Positions 9,316 through 20,726 are shown, counted from the first letter of the stretch. The stretch: 64,000 nt of DNA from an uncultured Bacteroidales bacterium (GCA_964575345.1 CAZNQD010000001.1:33145-97144); one strand, 5' to 3'. Notes: generated by a model from the letters alone, not told the origin. Translations and numbers: made by a program.

Positions 9316-10653
9316 ATGGAAATAGATCGTTTTATGGCGAACCTGGAAACGAAACATCCCGGTGAGCGAGAATATCTGCAAGCGGTAAGAGAAGTTCTGA
9401 CCAGTGTAGAATCAATTTACAATGAACATCCTGAATTCGAAAAAGCCAAAATCCTTGAACGTTTGGTGGAACCCGACCGTATTTTCAGCTTCAAAGTCCC
9501 TTGGATAGACGATGCAGGCAATATTAAGATAAATACAGGTTACAGGGTTCAATTCAACAACGCTATCGGCCCTTACAAAGGAGGATTGCGTTTTCATGCT
9601 TCGGTAAATCTGTCTATTTTGAAGTTTTTGGGTTTTGAACAAACATTTAAGAATGCGCTCACCACATTGCCCATGGGAGGAGCCAAGGGTGGTTCCGATT
9701 TCAGTACCCGAGGAAAATCTGCGGCCGAGATACAACGATTCTGTCATAATTTTATGTTGGAGCTTTGGCGTAATATCGGACCGGAAACGGATATACCTGC
9801 CGGTGATATAGGAGTGGGCAGCAAAGAAATCGGTTATATGTATACTATGTACAAAAAACTGGCCAGAGAAAACACCGGAGTATTTACCGGTAAATCACTT
9901 GGCTTCGGAGGTTCACTAATTCGTCCTGAAGCTACTGGTTTCGGTGGTTTGTATTTTGTAAGGCAAATGTTGGCAACTAAAGGTCTGGGCATCGAAGGTA
10001 AAACAATTTCCTTATCGGGTTTTGGCAATGTGGCCTGGGGAGCTGCTCTAAAAGCTACCCAGCTGGGAGCCAGGGTAGTTACCTTATCCGGTCCGGACGG
10101 TTACATCTACGATAAAGCTGGTCTGAACGAAGAAAAGATTGCCTATATGTTGGAATTACGTGCAAGTAACAACGATGTGATTGAACCCTACGCCAAAAAA
10201 TTCCAAGCCGAGTTTATTCCCGGTAAACGTCCTTGGGAACGTAAGGTCGATATTGCCTTACCTTCTGCCACCGAAAACGAATTGAATTTGGAAGATGCAA
10301 AAAATCTAATTGACAATGGTGTGCTTTGTGTGGGAGAAATTTCAAACATGGGTTGTACCCCCCAGGCTATAGATGCCTTTATTGGAGCCAGAATTCTATA
10401 TGGACCCGGGAAAGCTGTTAATGCCGGTGGTGTGGCTACATCCGGTTTGGAAATGACCCAGAATGCCATGCATATTAGTTGGTCAGCCGATGAGGTGGAT
10501 CAACGTTTACATCAAATAATGGCAGACATTCACAACCAATGTGTCATATATGGAAAAGAGGCCGACGGTTATATCAATTATATGAAAGGAGCCAATGTGG
10601 CCGGCTTTATGAAGGTCGCCAAAAGTATGCTGGATCAAGGGTATCTTTGTTGA
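9316..10653 (+). CDS. gdhA: NADP-specific glutamate dehydrogenase
   Basis: Contains the Glu/Leu/Phe/Val dehydrogenase active-site motif LPMGGAKGGSDF. Its 445 aa length is typical of hexameric GDH. Confidence 0.95.
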   Translation: MEIDRFMANLETKHPGEREYLQAVREVLTSVESIYNEHPEFEKAKILERLVEPDRIFSFKVPWIDDAGNIKINTGYRVQFNNAIGPYKGGLRFHASVNLSILKFLGFEQTFKNALTTLPMGGAKGGSDFSTRGKSAAEIQRFCHNFMLELWRNIGPETDIPAGDIGVGSKEIGYMYTMYKKLARENTGVFTGKSLGFGGSLIRPEATGFGGLYFVRQMLATKGLGIEGKTISLSGFGNVAWGAALKATQLGARVVTLSGPDGYIYDKAGLNEEKIAYMLELRASNNDVIEPYAKKFQAEFIPGKRPWERKVDIALPSATENELNLEDAKNLIDNGVLCVGEISNMGCTPQAIDAFIGARILYGPGKAVNAGGVATSGLEMTQNAMHISWSADEVDQRLHQIMADIHNQCVIYGKEADGYINYMKGANVAGFMKVAKSMLDQGYLC

Positions 10654-10658
10654 TTCTG

Positions 10659-13310
10659 CTAAGCTCCAAGTGAATCCAGGCTGTCTTTGATGGCCTGGAT
10701 TTTATTTTGAGCATCTGCCAGTTTTTTTCGTTCGGTTTCAATAACTACTTCAGGAGCCCGGTTGACGAAATTGGGATTGTCCAGCTTTTTGAGAATGCTT
10801 TGCAAAAAACCTTCCTGGTAATCCAATTCATTTTGCAGTTTTCCGCGCTCTTCTCCGGTATCGACCAGATTTCCCAGCCGCAGGCAGTATTCCGTGGTGT
10901 TAACCATGAATGAAGCGGCATCGGCTGCCTTTTCACTCACTTTGATTGTGCTGCTCAGATTGCCCATTTTAACTATCAGGCTGTCGTAATCACTTTCGTG
11001 TTCTCCCAGTATTTCCAAAGCCAGGGCTGTTTTGACGGGAAGGTTTTTTCCCAGGCGGATGGTACGTATGCCCGAAACAATAACCTTGATCAGTTCGAAT
11101 TTATCCAATATTACCTGATCGTAGGCAGCCGGCCGTCTTTGTTGTTGTAACATCAGGCTTTCACCGGGTTTTCGCTCTTCCAGATGCTGCCAAAGCTCTT
11201 CGGTAATAAAGGGCATGAAGGGATGCAACAAAAGGCAGAGTTGTTCGAAGAAACCGAAAACAGCCTTGTGAGTGATGCTGTCAATCGGTTGCTGATAAGC
11301 GGGTTTAATAATCTCGAGAAACCAGGAAGAAAATTCGTCCCAGAAGAGTTTGTAAACACACATCATAGCTTCCGAAAGACGATATTTGCTGAACAAATCA
11401 TTCATTTCGGTCAAGGTTTTCTGTAATTGTGCTTCGAACCATTCTACGGCCAGAGCAGAAGCTTTAGGCTGATTCAGTTTGGAATCAACCTCCCAGCCAT
11501 TAATAAGCCGGTAGGCATTCCAGATTTTATTGTTGAAGTTACGGCCCTGTTCGCACAAGGCTTCATCAAAAAGCACATCGTTGCCGGCCGGAGCAGCCAG
11601 CATCATACCCATACGGACACCGTCGGCACCGTATTTATTCATCAATTCAATGGGATCAGGCGAGTTGCCCAGTGATTTGGACATTTTGCGTCCCTGTTTG
11701 TCGCGGACGATTCCGGTAAGGTATACATTTTTAAAGCAGCTCTCTTTGCGGTATTCAAAACCGGAAATGATCATTCGGGCCACCCAGAAAAACAGAATAT
11801 CGGGAGCCGTTACCAGGTCGTTGGTAGGGTAGTAGTAGCTGACGTCTTTGTTATCGGGATGATTGATTCCGTCAAAAACAGAAATGGGCCATAACCACGA
11901 AGAGAACCAGGTATCCAGGACATCTTCGTCCTGACGCAGTTCTTCAAGGCTGAGAGGCTTCAATCCGCTGCAACCGCAGGGACAGGCGTCTTTCATCCGC
12001 AGGGCGTTGGCTTTTTTTAGAGCCTCTTCAGGACTGGAGGCTACAACAAATCCGCCCTCTGGCAGGTAATAAGCCGGGATGCGGTGTCCCCACCAGAGTT
12101 GACGCGATATACACCAGTCTTTTACGTTTTCCATCCAATAACGATAGGTGTTTTTGTATTTTGGCGGAATAAGCTTGATTTCGTCGTTTTCTACAGCTTC
12201 CAACGCCGGTTTGGCCAAATCTGACATTTTCAGGAACCATTGCATCGAAAGCTTAGGCTCTATGGCTTCGCTGGTTCGCTCAGAATAACCTACTTTATTG
12301 GTATAGTCTTCCACTTTTTCCAGCAATCCGGCTTCTTTAAGGTCTTTTTCAATTCTGGATCTTACCTCGAAGCGATCCATGCCGGCATACATGGCTCCGT
12401 GTTTGTTGAGTGTACCGTCGTTATTGAAAATATCGATGGATTCCAGACGGTATTTTTCGCCCAGCATATAGTCGTTTACGTCGTGAGCCGGAGTCACTTT
12501 GAGGCAGCCGGTACCAAATTCGATGTCGACATACTCGTCTTCTATGATGGGTACAGGACGGTCAATTAAGGGGACCAGTACCTTTTTGCCTCTGAGCCAG
12601 GCTTTGCTTTCGTCCCTTGGATTGATGCAGACAGCCGTATCACCCAATATGGTTTCAGGCCTGGTGGTGGCTATGGTTGCGTAACGATCTTCACCCTGCA
12701 CTTTGTAGCGCAGATAATAGAGTTTGGATTGTACTTCTTTGTAAATAACTTCTTCGTCCGACAATGCTGTTTGGGCTTTGGGGTCCCAGTTAATCATACG
12801 TACACCTCTATAAATGAGCCCTTTCTCGAAAAGATCGATAAAGACTTTTAATACGCTTTCCGAACGGGCATCGTCCATGGTAAAACAAGTACGCTCCCAA
12901 TCGCAGGAGGCTCCCAGCTTTTTGAGTTGTTCCAGAATAATACCTCCGTGTTTATGAGTCCATTCCCAGGCATGTCCTATAAAGGCATCCCGCCCGATAT
13001 CGGTTTTCTTGATGCCTTCGTTTTTGAGTTTTTCAACAATTTTGGCTTCGGTGGCGATAGAAGCATGGTCGGTTCCCGGTACCCAGCAGGCATTTTTACC
13101 CAACATTCTGGCCCTGCGAATCAATATATCCTGAATGGTGTTGTTCAGAATATGTCCCATGTGAAGCACTCCTGTCACATTGGGCGGTGGAATGACAATG
13201 GTATAGGGCTCCCTTTTGTCGGGAACCGAATGAAACATGTTGTGTTGCAGCCAATATTGATACCATTTACTTTCTACCTCAGCAGGATTGTACTTCGAAG
13301 GGAGTTCCAT
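10659..13310 (-). CDS. valS: Valine--tRNA ligase
   Basis: [12 protein letters not shown] (HIGH) and KMSKSLGN (KMSKS) motifs, with a C-terminal coiled-coil tail. I prefer ATG 13310 (MELPSKYNP); the ORF-track start at 13319 is TTG. Confidence 0.95.
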   Translation of the reverse strand: MELPSKYNPAEVESKWYQYWLQHNMFHSVPDKREPYTIVIPPPNVTGVLHMGHILNNTIQDILIRRARMLGKNACWVPGTDHASIATEAKIVEKLKNEGIKKTDIGRDAFIGHAWEWTHKHGGIILEQLKKLGASCDWERTCFTMDDARSESVLKVFIDLFEKGLIYRGVRMINWDPKAQTALSDEEVIYKEVQSKLYYLRYKVQGEDRYATIATTRPETILGDTAVCINPRDESKAWLRGKKVLVPLIDRPVPIIEDEYVDIEFGTGCLKVTPAHDVNDYMLGEKYRLESIDIFNNDGTLNKHGAMYAGMDRFEVRSRIEKDLKEAGLLEKVEDYTNKVGYSERTSEAIEPKLSMQWFLKMSDLAKPALEAVENDEIKLIPPKYKNTYRYWMENVKDWCISRQLWWGHRIPAYYLPEGGFVVASSPEEALKKANALRMKDACPCGCSGLKPLSLEELRQDEDVLDTWFSSWLWPISVFDGINHPDNKDVSYYYPTNDLVTAPDILFFWVARMIISGFEYRKESCFKNVYLTGIVRDKQGRKMSKSLGNSPDPIELMNKYGADGVRMGMMLAAPAGNDVLFDEALCEQGRNFNNKIWNAYRLINGWEVDSKLNQPKASALAVEWFEAQLQKTLTEMNDLFSKYRLSEAMMCVYKLFWDEFSSWFLEIIKPAYQQPIDSITHKAVFGFFEQLCLLLHPFMPFITEELWQHLEERKPGESLMLQQQRRPAAYDQVILDKFELIKVIVSGIRTIRLGKNLPVKTALALEILGEHESDYDSLIVKMGNLSSTIKVSEKAADAASFMVNTTEYCLRLGNLVDTGEERGKLQNELDYQEGFLQSILKKLDNPNFVNRAPEVVIETERKKLADAQNKIQAIKDSLDSLGA

Positions 13311-13387
13311 AATAGTCAAAAAACTTGTTTGGTTAAATGCCCGGGTCTCGTATGCAAGACTCAGGCACTGTACTGATTTTAAGGCTG

Positions 13388-13395
13388 CAAAGGTA
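13388..13395 (-). promoter_or_regulatory. -7 promoter box (TACCTTTG) for valS
   Basis: Perfect TAnnTTTG match on the minus strand, about 78 nt upstream of the valS ATG. Confidence 0.4.
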
Positions 13396-13507
13396 GGACT
13401 ATTTTTTTCTATGCAAAAGTAATTTGTAAATCTTTTAGTGAGTTATTCGGATAACAAGCTATCTGTTAATATTGTATAACAACTTGCTTTGCGACTGCAA
13501 CAAATTG

Positions 13508-13515
13508 TACATTTG
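13508..13515 (+). promoter_or_regulatory. -7 promoter box (TACATTTG) for the downstream lipoprotein gene
   Basis: Perfect TAnnTTTG match about 32 nt upstream of ATG 13547. Confidence 0.35.
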
Positions 13516-13546
13516 CCTGATAATAATTCAATTTGACTTTGTTATA

Positions 13547-14209
13547 ATGGCACATCTGAAGTATTATAGAGGAATTGCTGCTTTTGTATTGTTTGGTTTT
13601 TTTACGGCCTGCACCGAGGTGGGTGGATATACGATTGACGTTCAAGGGCCGGGTATTGAATTTGAGATGGCCTATTTTGATCCTGAAAATCAGCAAAATG
13701 GACTGAACATAGCTTTATATGGTGATCCTAAATCCACTCAGGATGCCTTCCGGGATTACAGGCTTGTTGCCAAAAGCGATTCCATCGACGCACAGGATAT
13801 TGAGGCCTTTCTATCGGAAGTGGGACAGACCTTCAATTCTGTGGTGGAAAAAGCAGAATTGAAAAATTCCAAACTGCGCTTATCTCAGGATACGGTTGAT
13901 TTCAGTGGTGTGAATTCTCTTTTGATCAAAGTACGCAAGTATGGCGAGGATGAGTTTATTCCTTTTTGTTTAACAGAAATGAATACTGAGTCAGACAGCA
14001 AACAACTTTGTATAGAAAGCGTCTATTTTGAGTCGGACGAGATATTTAAACTCATAGAATGCGGTTTTGAAGCCATTTTATACGCAAGGGTCAACGAAAA
14101 CGGCAATGAACCCGCCTGTCTACGTGACGGAATACATTTTGAATTTTTGTCCGGAACCATTATCGCTGTCAAAGTGAAGACCGGCGCGCTTTTCGATTTT
14201 GACATTTAG
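13547..14209 (+). CDS. Hypothetical lipoprotein
   Basis: Starting at ATG 13547 gives MAHLKYYRGIAAFVLFGFFTAC, a signal peptide with a lipobox-like Cys. I recognise no family. Confidence 0.55.
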   Translation: MAHLKYYRGIAAFVLFGFFTACTEVGGYTIDVQGPGIEFEMAYFDPENQQNGLNIALYGDPKSTQDAFRDYRLVAKSDSIDAQDIEAFLSEVGQTFNSVVEKAELKNSKLRLSQDTVDFSGVNSLLIKVRKYGEDEFIPFCLTEMNTESDSKQLCIESVYFESDEIFKLIECGFEAILYARVNENGNEPACLRDGIHFEFLSGTIIAVKVKTGALFDFDI

Positions 14210-14216
14210 ACCTTTT

Positions 14217-15002
14217 ATGCACGACAGACAATCAAAAATGGACGCTTTCGGGCAACTGCTTGACATTTTGGACCAATTGCGTTTGAAATGCCCCTGGGAC
14301 AGAGAGCAGACCTTCGAAAGCCTGCGCCCTCTTACGCTGGAAGAATGCTATGAGTTGAGCGAAGCTTTGTTGCAGAAAGAGTACCCCGGTGTTTGTAAAG
14401 AACTGGGCGATATCCTTTTGCATATAGTCTTTTATTCAAAAATAGCCGAGGAACAACAACTGTTTGATATAAAGGATGTATGTGATCAGCTTACAGAAAA
14501 GCTGATTTTCAGGCATCCTCATGTTTTTGGCTCTGTCAGTGTACAAAATGCCAGCGAGGTTGAAAAAAACTGGGAAAAATTAAAACTCAAAGAAAAGAAC
14601 GGCAATGGTTCGGTGCTGGCGGGAGTGCCTTTTTCATTACCCTCACTTATAAAAGCATTCAGAATGCAGGATAAGGCCAGAGGAGTGGGTTTTGACTGGG
14701 AAGAACGCAGCCAGGTGTGGGCTAAGGTACAGGAAGAAATCAAGGAGTTGCAACAAGAGATGGAAAAAGAAAACAAAGACGGCATGGAAGACGAATTTGG
14801 CGATTTGTTTTTCAGTCTGGTCAATGTAGCCCGCCTCTACGGAATTAATCCCGACAACGCCCTGGAACGCACCAACAAAAAGTTTCGTGAACGCTTCAAT
14901 TACCTGGAGGCAGAAACACTAAAAAAAGGCATATCACTCAAGGAAATGAGCCTGGATCAGATGGAAGCCTTATGGCGACAGGCAAAAAAGCACACTCCCT
15001 GA
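14217..15002 (+). CDS. mazG: Nucleoside triphosphate pyrophosphohydrolase MazG
   Basis: Contains the CPWDREQT motif and tandem MazG EExxE-type acidic motifs. The start could be ATG 14217 or ATG 14238. Confidence 0.9.
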   Translation: MHDRQSKMDAFGQLLDILDQLRLKCPWDREQTFESLRPLTLEECYELSEALLQKEYPGVCKELGDILLHIVFYSKIAEEQQLFDIKDVCDQLTEKLIFRHPHVFGSVSVQNASEVEKNWEKLKLKEKNGNGSVLAGVPFSLPSLIKAFRMQDKARGVGFDWEERSQVWAKVQEEIKELQQEMEKENKDGMEDEFGDLFFSLVNVARLYGINPDNALERTNKKFRERFNYLEAETLKKGISLKEMSLDQMEALWRQAKKHTP

Positions 15003-15007
15003 ATAAA

Positions 15008-16501
15008 ATGAATTTAGATCCCGCCTTTGTCAGGCAGATGCGCCGGCTACTGCCTGAGGAGTACGATGTATTTATGCGCTCTCTTAAAGAAGATCTTCCG
15101 GTGAGTCTGAGGTTGAATACGGCCAAATGTTCCAAAGAGGAAGCATTAAGCTGTTTGCCTGCGACTGTTCAGGGCGCTGTGCCCTGGCATCCCGATGCCT
15201 GTTATTTGGAACAACGCCCATCTTTTACTTTCGATCCTTTTTTTCATTGCGGCCTGTATTACGTACAGGAAGCATCCTCTATGTTCAGTTCCCGGGCAAT
15301 TAATTCTGCTTTGCAAACGATGAAAATGTCCGATCGGGCAGTGCGGATGCTGGATCTTTGTGCAGCGCCGGGGGGTAAATCCACCCTGGCTGCCTCGGTG
15401 CTTCCTCAGGGCAGCCTGTTGTTGGCCAACGAAATCATTCCATCCAGGGCTGTAATACTGGAAGAGAACCTCATAAAATGGGGCAAAGCCGGCGTAATCG
15501 TTACACAAAACGAAGCGGCTGATTTTGCCGCGTTTGAACATGTTTTTGATTTAATTCTGGCCGATATGCCCTGCTCTGGCGAAGGAATGTTCCGTAAAGA
15601 ACCGGAAGCTCTGGCTGCCTGGTCCGAAGACTATGTACGCAGCTGTGCACTACGTCAGCGCAGTATCCTGGCTCAATGCTGGAACAGCCTGCGGCCCGGT
15701 GGCTGCCTGATTTACAGTACCTGTACCTACAATACGGAGGAAAACGAAAAGAATGTGTTATGGGCAGCCGCAAATCTTGGTGCCCGCATCTTGCCTGTAG
15801 AATGCAATCCCGAATGGAATATTCATCCTGCCATCGGAGCTGATTTTCCGGCTTATCGTTTTTTCCCGCACAGAACCAGGGGAGAGGGTTTCTTTTTAGC
15901 TTTGCTTCAAAAAGAGGAATCTGCTGCAATAAACTCACAGGCCGGCCCGGAAATTGATCAACAAGAAAACTACCGCAACCTTCCCGGATCAAAGGGTAAA
16001 AACAAATTACCCACAGTGAAAAAAACCGGAAAATCTGCAAACGAATTTATCGACAAAAAAACAGCTGCTTATTTGAGTTCCTTGTTTGATGAACCCGAAG
16101 TTTACGAAATCAGCCTTCTGCCACAGGGTATTTACAGGGCATTTCCGGCACAACACGCTGCTTTCCTTGCTCAAATCAGCACCTCGCTGCGTATTGTACG
16201 TGCCGGCCTGTACCTTGGAGAGTACAAAGGCGATCAGTTTATTCCTGATATTTCACTGGCTCTTTCTACCGCCATTGAGGCCGACAAACATTTTCCTTCT
16301 TATGAACTGCATCGTCAACAAGCCCTGGCTTATTTAAAAAGGGAGAGTTTGCTGTTAAGCGATGACTGCCCGCGGGGGCAGGTGCTGGTGACTTTCGGCC
16401 CTGCTGGCCTGGGCTGGGTGAACAATTTGGGAATCAGGGCTAATAACCGCTATCCCACTTCCTGGAGGATACGCTCCCAACTCCCATATAATAAGTTATA
16501 G
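15008..16501 (+). CDS. RsmB/RsmF (NOP2/Sun) family RNA cytosine-C5 methyltransferase
   Basis: SAM-binding motif DLCAAPGGKS and catalytic Cys motifs DMPCSGEGMFRK and TCTYNTEENE. I prefer ATG 15008. Confidence 0.85.
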   Translation: MNLDPAFVRQMRRLLPEEYDVFMRSLKEDLPVSLRLNTAKCSKEEALSCLPATVQGAVPWHPDACYLEQRPSFTFDPFFHCGLYYVQEASSMFSSRAINSALQTMKMSDRAVRMLDLCAAPGGKSTLAASVLPQGSLLLANEIIPSRAVILEENLIKWGKAGVIVTQNEAADFAAFEHVFDLILADMPCSGEGMFRKEPEALAAWSEDYVRSCALRQRSILAQCWNSLRPGGCLIYSTCTYNTEENEKNVLWAAANLGARILPVECNPEWNIHPAIGADFPAYRFFPHRTRGEGFFLALLQKEESAAINSQAGPEIDQQENYRNLPGSKGKNKLPTVKKTGKSANEFIDKKTAAYLSSLFDEPEVYEISLLPQGIYRAFPAQHAAFLAQISTSLRIVRAGLYLGEYKGDQFIPDISLALSTAIEADKHFPSYELHRQQALAYLKRESLLLSDDCPRGQVLVTFGPAGLGWVNNLGIRANNRYPTSWRIRSQLPYNKL

Positions 16502-16503
16502 TT

Positions 16504-17001
16504 ATGAAAAAAATAGCTATACTGTCGGACACACACGACTATTGGGATAAACGCTACATTCCTTACCTGGATGTATGCGACGAAATCTGGCACGCCGGTG
16601 ACATTGGTTCTGCTTTACTGACTCAACGATTGGAAGCCATCAGCCCGCTGAGAGCCGTGTACGGTAATTGCGACGGCTATCCGTTAAGATATAATTACGG
16701 TCCTCATCTGTTTTTTGAATTAGAACAGGTCCGGGTGTTGATAACGCACATTGGCGGTTACCCCGGACATTACGATTCCGCAGCGCTGGCCCTGATCAGA
16801 TTTCATAAGCCGAAGTTGTTTATTTGCGGGCATTCCCACATAGCTAAAGTTATATTTGACAGTCAACACGATATGCTTTGTGTCAATCCGGGAGCCGCCG
16901 GCAAACAAGGCTTTCATACCATTCGTACGCTTATGCGTCTGGAATTGAACGCCGGCAACATCGAAAACCTGGAAGTAATAGAATTAGGCAATACTTTATA
17001 A
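16504..17001 (+). CDS. YfcE/MJ0936-type metallophosphoesterase
   Basis: Contains the ISDTHD, GNCD and GHSH metal-ligand motifs. Confidence 0.85.
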   Translation: MKKIAILSDTHDYWDKRYIPYLDVCDEIWHAGDIGSALLTQRLEAISPLRAVYGNCDGYPLRYNYGPHLFFELEQVRVLITHIGGYPGHYDSAALALIRFHKPKLFICGHSHIAKVIFDSQHDMLCVNPGAAGKQGFHTIRTLMRLELNAGNIENLEVIELGNTL

Positions 17002-17030
17002 CTGAAGCTTTATGCCTGGATAATGCTGAG

Positions 17031-18224
17031 CTAGAGTTCCAGATCTATATCAAAAAGTTCATGCCAGGGCAAACCGTTTTCGGCCAAAGCCTTCAGAAAA
17101 GGATCGGGATTGAATTCTTCCACATTATAAACGCCGGGGTTGCGCCATAGGCCTTTCATAAACATCATGGCTCCGCACATGGCCGGTACGCCGGTGGTAT
17201 AGCTTACGCCCTGAGCGCCGGTTTCTTTGTAAGCGGCCTGGTGGCTGCAGTTTTGATAAACATAATAGCTTCGTTCCCTGCCGTTTTTGATGCCCCGGAT
17301 GCGGCAACCAATGGAAGTCTGTCCGGTGTAATTTTCTCCCAGTTGGCCGGGGTCGGGGAGGACGGCTTTCAGAAACTCGATGGGGATAATTTCCATTCCT
17401 TTAAACATTACAGGTTCTATGCCGGCCATCCCGATGTTTTGTATCACACGCAAATGGGTTAGGTATTCCTGTCCAAAGGTCATCCAGAAACGGGCTCTTT
17501 TGATAGAGGGAAAATTCCTGACCAGGGATTCGAGCTCTTCGTGATAAATCAGATAAGATTCTCTGGGCCCCACTTCGGGATAATTAAGGGTTTTGTGTAT
17601 CTGATGAGGTTCGGTTTCAATCCATTGGCCATTTTCGTAATACTTGCCTTTTTGAGTGACTTCACGAATATTTATTTCCGGGTTGAAATTGGTTGCGAAA
17701 GCCTTGCCATGGTCACCGGCGTTGCAATCCACGATATCCAGGTAATGCATCTCGTCAAAATGATGTTTGGCGGCGTAGGCTGTCCAGACACCGCTTACAC
17801 CCGGATCAAAACCACAACCCAGTATAGCTGTCAGGCCGGCTTTTTCGAAACGTTCCCTGTAGGCCCACTGCCAGGAATACTCAAAATGCGCTTCATCTTT
17901 GGGTTCGTAATTAGCGGTATCAAGGTAATGAACGCCGCAGGCCAGGCAGGCTTCCATAATGCTTAAATCCTGGTAGGGCAGGGCGACATTGATAACCAGC
18001 TCGGGTTGGTGTTTTTTAAATAATGTCACAAGCTGTTCCACGGAATCGGCATCCACCTGATCGGTTTGAATGCGATTATTGCCCACGAAAGCGGCAATCT
18101 TGTCACATTTTGCTTTGGTACGGCTGGCCAGCACAATTTCAGGGAATACTTCAGGATGTTGTGCTACTTTGTATGCTACTACGCTTCCTACTCCCCCGGC
18201 TCCGATGATAAGAACTTTTCCCAT
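17031..18224 (-). CDS. Saccharopine dehydrogenase family protein, likely carboxynorspermidine dehydrogenase/synthase
   Basis: N-terminal Rossmann motif KVLIIGAGGVGSVVA and a length of about 397 aa. The overall pattern matches the CANSDH enzymes I recall from Bacteroidia. I prefer ATG 18224. Confidence 0.75.
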   Translation of the reverse strand: MGKVLIIGAGGVGSVVAYKVAQHPEVFPEIVLASRTKAKCDKIAAFVGNNRIQTDQVDADSVEQLVTLFKKHQPELVINVALPYQDLSIMEACLACGVHYLDTANYEPKDEAHFEYSWQWAYRERFEKAGLTAILGCGFDPGVSGVWTAYAAKHHFDEMHYLDIVDCNAGDHGKAFATNFNPEINIREVTQKGKYYENGQWIETEPHQIHKTLNYPEVGPRESYLIYHEELESLVRNFPSIKRARFWMTFGQEYLTHLRVIQNIGMAGIEPVMFKGMEIIPIEFLKAVLPDPGQLGENYTGQTSIGCRIRGIKNGRERSYYVYQNCSHQAAYKETGAQGVSYTTGVPAMCGAMMFMKGLWRNPGVYNVEEFNPDPFLKALAENGLPWHELFDIDLEL

Positions 18225-18248
18225 GATCTCTTTGTTTAATTGAGTATG

Positions 18249-18256
18249 CAAAGATA
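18249..18256 (-). promoter_or_regulatory. -7 promoter box (TATCTTTG) for the saccharopine dehydrogenase-family gene
   Basis: Perfect TAnnTTTG match on the minus strand, 25 nt upstream of the ATG. Confidence 0.4.
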
Positions 18257-18304
18257 ATTAATTTTAAAATATGCCCTGAAATAGGGGCAGATAAAAATAT
18301 TGTT

Positions 18305-18312
18305 TACCTTTG
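18305..18312 (+). promoter_or_regulatory. -7 promoter box (TACCTTTG) for the TPP riboswitch transcript
   Basis: Perfect TAnnTTTG match ending 13 nt before the riboswitch P1 stem. Confidence 0.5.
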
Positions 18313-18324
18313 CGGAAGATTTTT

Positions 18325-18479
18325 AGGGGTGTTCCCTCGGCATTAAGTTCTTTTTGTAGTTTCTTTTGAGTCGGCCAAAACGACACTTCAAAAATACTAT
18401 GCCTGAGTGATCTGAGATTATACCCAAAAACCGGATGTAGGTAATGCTACCGTCGGGAAATATTTTCTCTTACACCCCT
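18325..18479 (+). promoter_or_regulatory. TPP (THI-box) riboswitch
   Basis: The P1 stem is AGGGGTGT...ACACCCCT. The conserved core CTGAGATTATACCC...AACCGGATGTAGGTAATGCTACCGTCGGGAA matches the THI element consensus (CUGAGA, ACCC, GGNUAAUNCC, GGGA). A long insert occupies the P3 position. Confidence 0.85.
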
Positions 18480-18507
18480 TTTGATGTTTCACTAGTAAAA
18501 TAAAAAC

Positions 18508-20724
18508 ATGAAAAGGGTTTTTTTATGCCTTACGGCGGGCATTTTTGCCATTCATTTCGTGGCAGCCGCAAAAACAGACAGTATCAGACAACTGGATTTG
18601 GACGATGTAGTGGTGCTTGCTTCCTATGCGGGAGAAAACACCCCGGTTACTCATCAAAACCTGAACAAGGCCGAGATTCGTGCCCTAAATGTGGTTTCCT
18701 CTTTGCCCCAGGTACTCTGGATGACTCCCTCGCTGGTGCATACTGCCGAAAACGGAACAAGCACCGGCAATACGGCCATGCGAATCAGAGGAACGGACGC
18801 CAGCCGCATCAATTTCAGCCTGAACGGGATTCCCATGAATAATCCCGAGTCGCAGGAAGTGTATTGGGTGAATATTCCCAATCTGACCGGCTCTCTTCAA
18901 ACCATACAAATTCAGCGTGGGGTAGGTGTGTCAGCCAATGGTACCGGAGCCTTTGGAGCCTCTGTCAATTTATTGAGCGAGCGCCCTGCAACGGAAGACT
19001 ATATGGAATCTTCCACAACAGCAGGTAGTTACGCTACTTTCGAACAGAGTATCTCTCTGGCAACATCCCGCATGCCAGGAGGTGTGCGGATGCAATTGCG
19101 TTATACGGCATTGAATGCAGACGGTTATTTACGCAACGGCTGGAGTCGTCATCAATCGCTTTACGCATCTCTGAGCAAGTCCTGGGAAAAGGCTCAGCTG
19201 AGCTTGAATTATATTTACGGAAATCAGCACACAGGAATAACCTGGGAAGGAGCTTCTAAAGAACAAATTGCTTTGGATCCCCGTTACAATCCGGCAGGAG
19301 CCATCAGAGAAGGGCTGTATTACGGCAACGAAAGCGACAATTATTGTCAACACCATATTCAGCTTTTTTATTCCCGACAGATTACGGAATCCCTCTTGTT
19401 GAATACGGGTCTGAATTATACGGACGGTTACGGCTATTATGAACAGTATAAACAAGGCCGTAAATTTTCGTCCCTGGGTTTAAACAACCAGCTGATTGAC
19501 GGGACAGAATACGATCGCAGCGATCATATCCGGGGAAAGTTCATGGCCAATGGTTTTTATACCGGCCTGTTCAATTTGAATTATCAGCAGGGAAGCCTCA
19601 AGCTCCAGGGCGGAGGCATGTACTCTTTTTACGAAGGAGTGCACTATGCCCGTTTATTATGGCTGGAACACAACAACAATATCCCTGCCAACTACGAGTG
19701 GGCGCGCAATTTTGGTGAAAAAACAGACGGCAATCTGTTTGTAAAGGCCGAATATTCCCTCTGGAATAAACTTTCTTTGTATGCCGACCTGCAATACCGT
19801 AATGTAGGATACGAACTGGAGGGAATGGATGACGACGATTTACTGGATTTAACCCAATCGCATCAATGGCAGTTCTGGAATCCCAAAATGGGTATAAACT
19901 GGCGCATAGACCAGAATCAGAAACTTTATCTTTCGGCAGGTATAGCCAATCGCGAACCTACCCGCGCAGATCTGAAGGATGCCGTAAAAGGGGGCAGCCG
20001 CCAGGTCTTGCCCGAAAGGCTGTATGATGTCGAACTGGGTTATTCGGTCAACAAATCGAACTGGTTGCTGGCTTTGAATCTGTACGATATGGAATACCAT
20101 AACCAGTTGATACCTACTGGTAAACTTAATGAAGTGGGCTATAAGCTTATGAGCAATGTGCCCTACAGTTACCGCAGAGGAATTGAGCTAAGTGCCGGCA
20201 TCAAGCCTTTGTCTGTCTTACAACTGGATGCCAATCTGAGCCTGAGTACCAGTAAGGTGAAAGATTTCAGCCTGTATTACGATACCTACGATAATGCTAC
20301 CGACTGGAATGCCATTCCGGACGAAAGCCAACAAATCAGCACCTATTACACCCTGGCCGATTTGCCTTTTTCTCCCCAATGTGTTGCCGCTGTCCGTCTT
20401 CAGTATCAGCCTGTGCATCCCTTGCAATTGAGTTTGATGGGAAAATACATAGCAGAGCAGCAGTTTAGTTATATTCAGCACGAAGAATTTCGTTTGCCGG
20501 CCTATACCCAGTTTAATTTTTCGGTTGTATATTCAGGGAGTTTAATTGGTAACAGCGACTTTGAATTGGGCTTTTATATAAACAATCTGCTGGGTAACCA
20601 GCCCCTCTGCAATGCCTGGGGATACGAAGCCGCCTTTCTGAGCGGAGAAGAGTCCTATCGTGAAGCCGGTTATTACGTTCTGGCCCCCAGACATTATATG
20701 TTGAAATTCGTTCTAAAGATATAA
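18508..20724 (+). CDS. TonB-dependent outer-membrane receptor, probable thiamine/precursor importer
   Basis: Signal peptide, TonB-box-like DDVVVLAS, plug and beta-barrel pattern. It lies immediately downstream of the TPP riboswitch and 2 nt upstream of the thiamine pyrophosphokinase gene. Confidence 0.85.
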   Translation: MKRVFLCLTAGIFAIHFVAAAKTDSIRQLDLDDVVVLASYAGENTPVTHQNLNKAEIRALNVVSSLPQVLWMTPSLVHTAENGTSTGNTAMRIRGTDASRINFSLNGIPMNNPESQEVYWVNIPNLTGSLQTIQIQRGVGVSANGTGAFGASVNLLSERPATEDYMESSTTAGSYATFEQSISLATSRMPGGVRMQLRYTALNADGYLRNGWSRHQSLYASLSKSWEKAQLSLNYIYGNQHTGITWEGASKEQIALDPRYNPAGAIREGLYYGNESDNYCQHHIQLFYSRQITESLLLNTGLNYTDGYGYYEQYKQGRKFSSLGLNNQLIDGTEYDRSDHIRGKFMANGFYTGLFNLNYQQGSLKLQGGGMYSFYEGVHYARLLWLEHNNNIPANYEWARNFGEKTDGNLFVKAEYSLWNKLSLYADLQYRNVGYELEGMDDDDLLDLTQSHQWQFWNPKMGINWRIDQNQKLYLSAGIANREPTRADLKDAVKGGSRQVLPERLYDVELGYSVNKSNWLLALNLYDMEYHNQLIPTGKLNEVGYKLMSNVPYSYRRGIELSAGIKPLSVLQLDANLSLSTSKVKDFSLYYDTYDNATDWNAIPDESQQISTYYTLADLPFSPQCVAAVRLQYQPVHPLQLSLMGKYIAEQQFSYIQHEEFRLPAYTQFNFSVVYSGSLIGNSDFELGFYINNLLGNQPLCNAWGYEAAFLSGEESYREAGYYVLAPRHYMLKFVLKI

Positions 20725-20726
20725 TT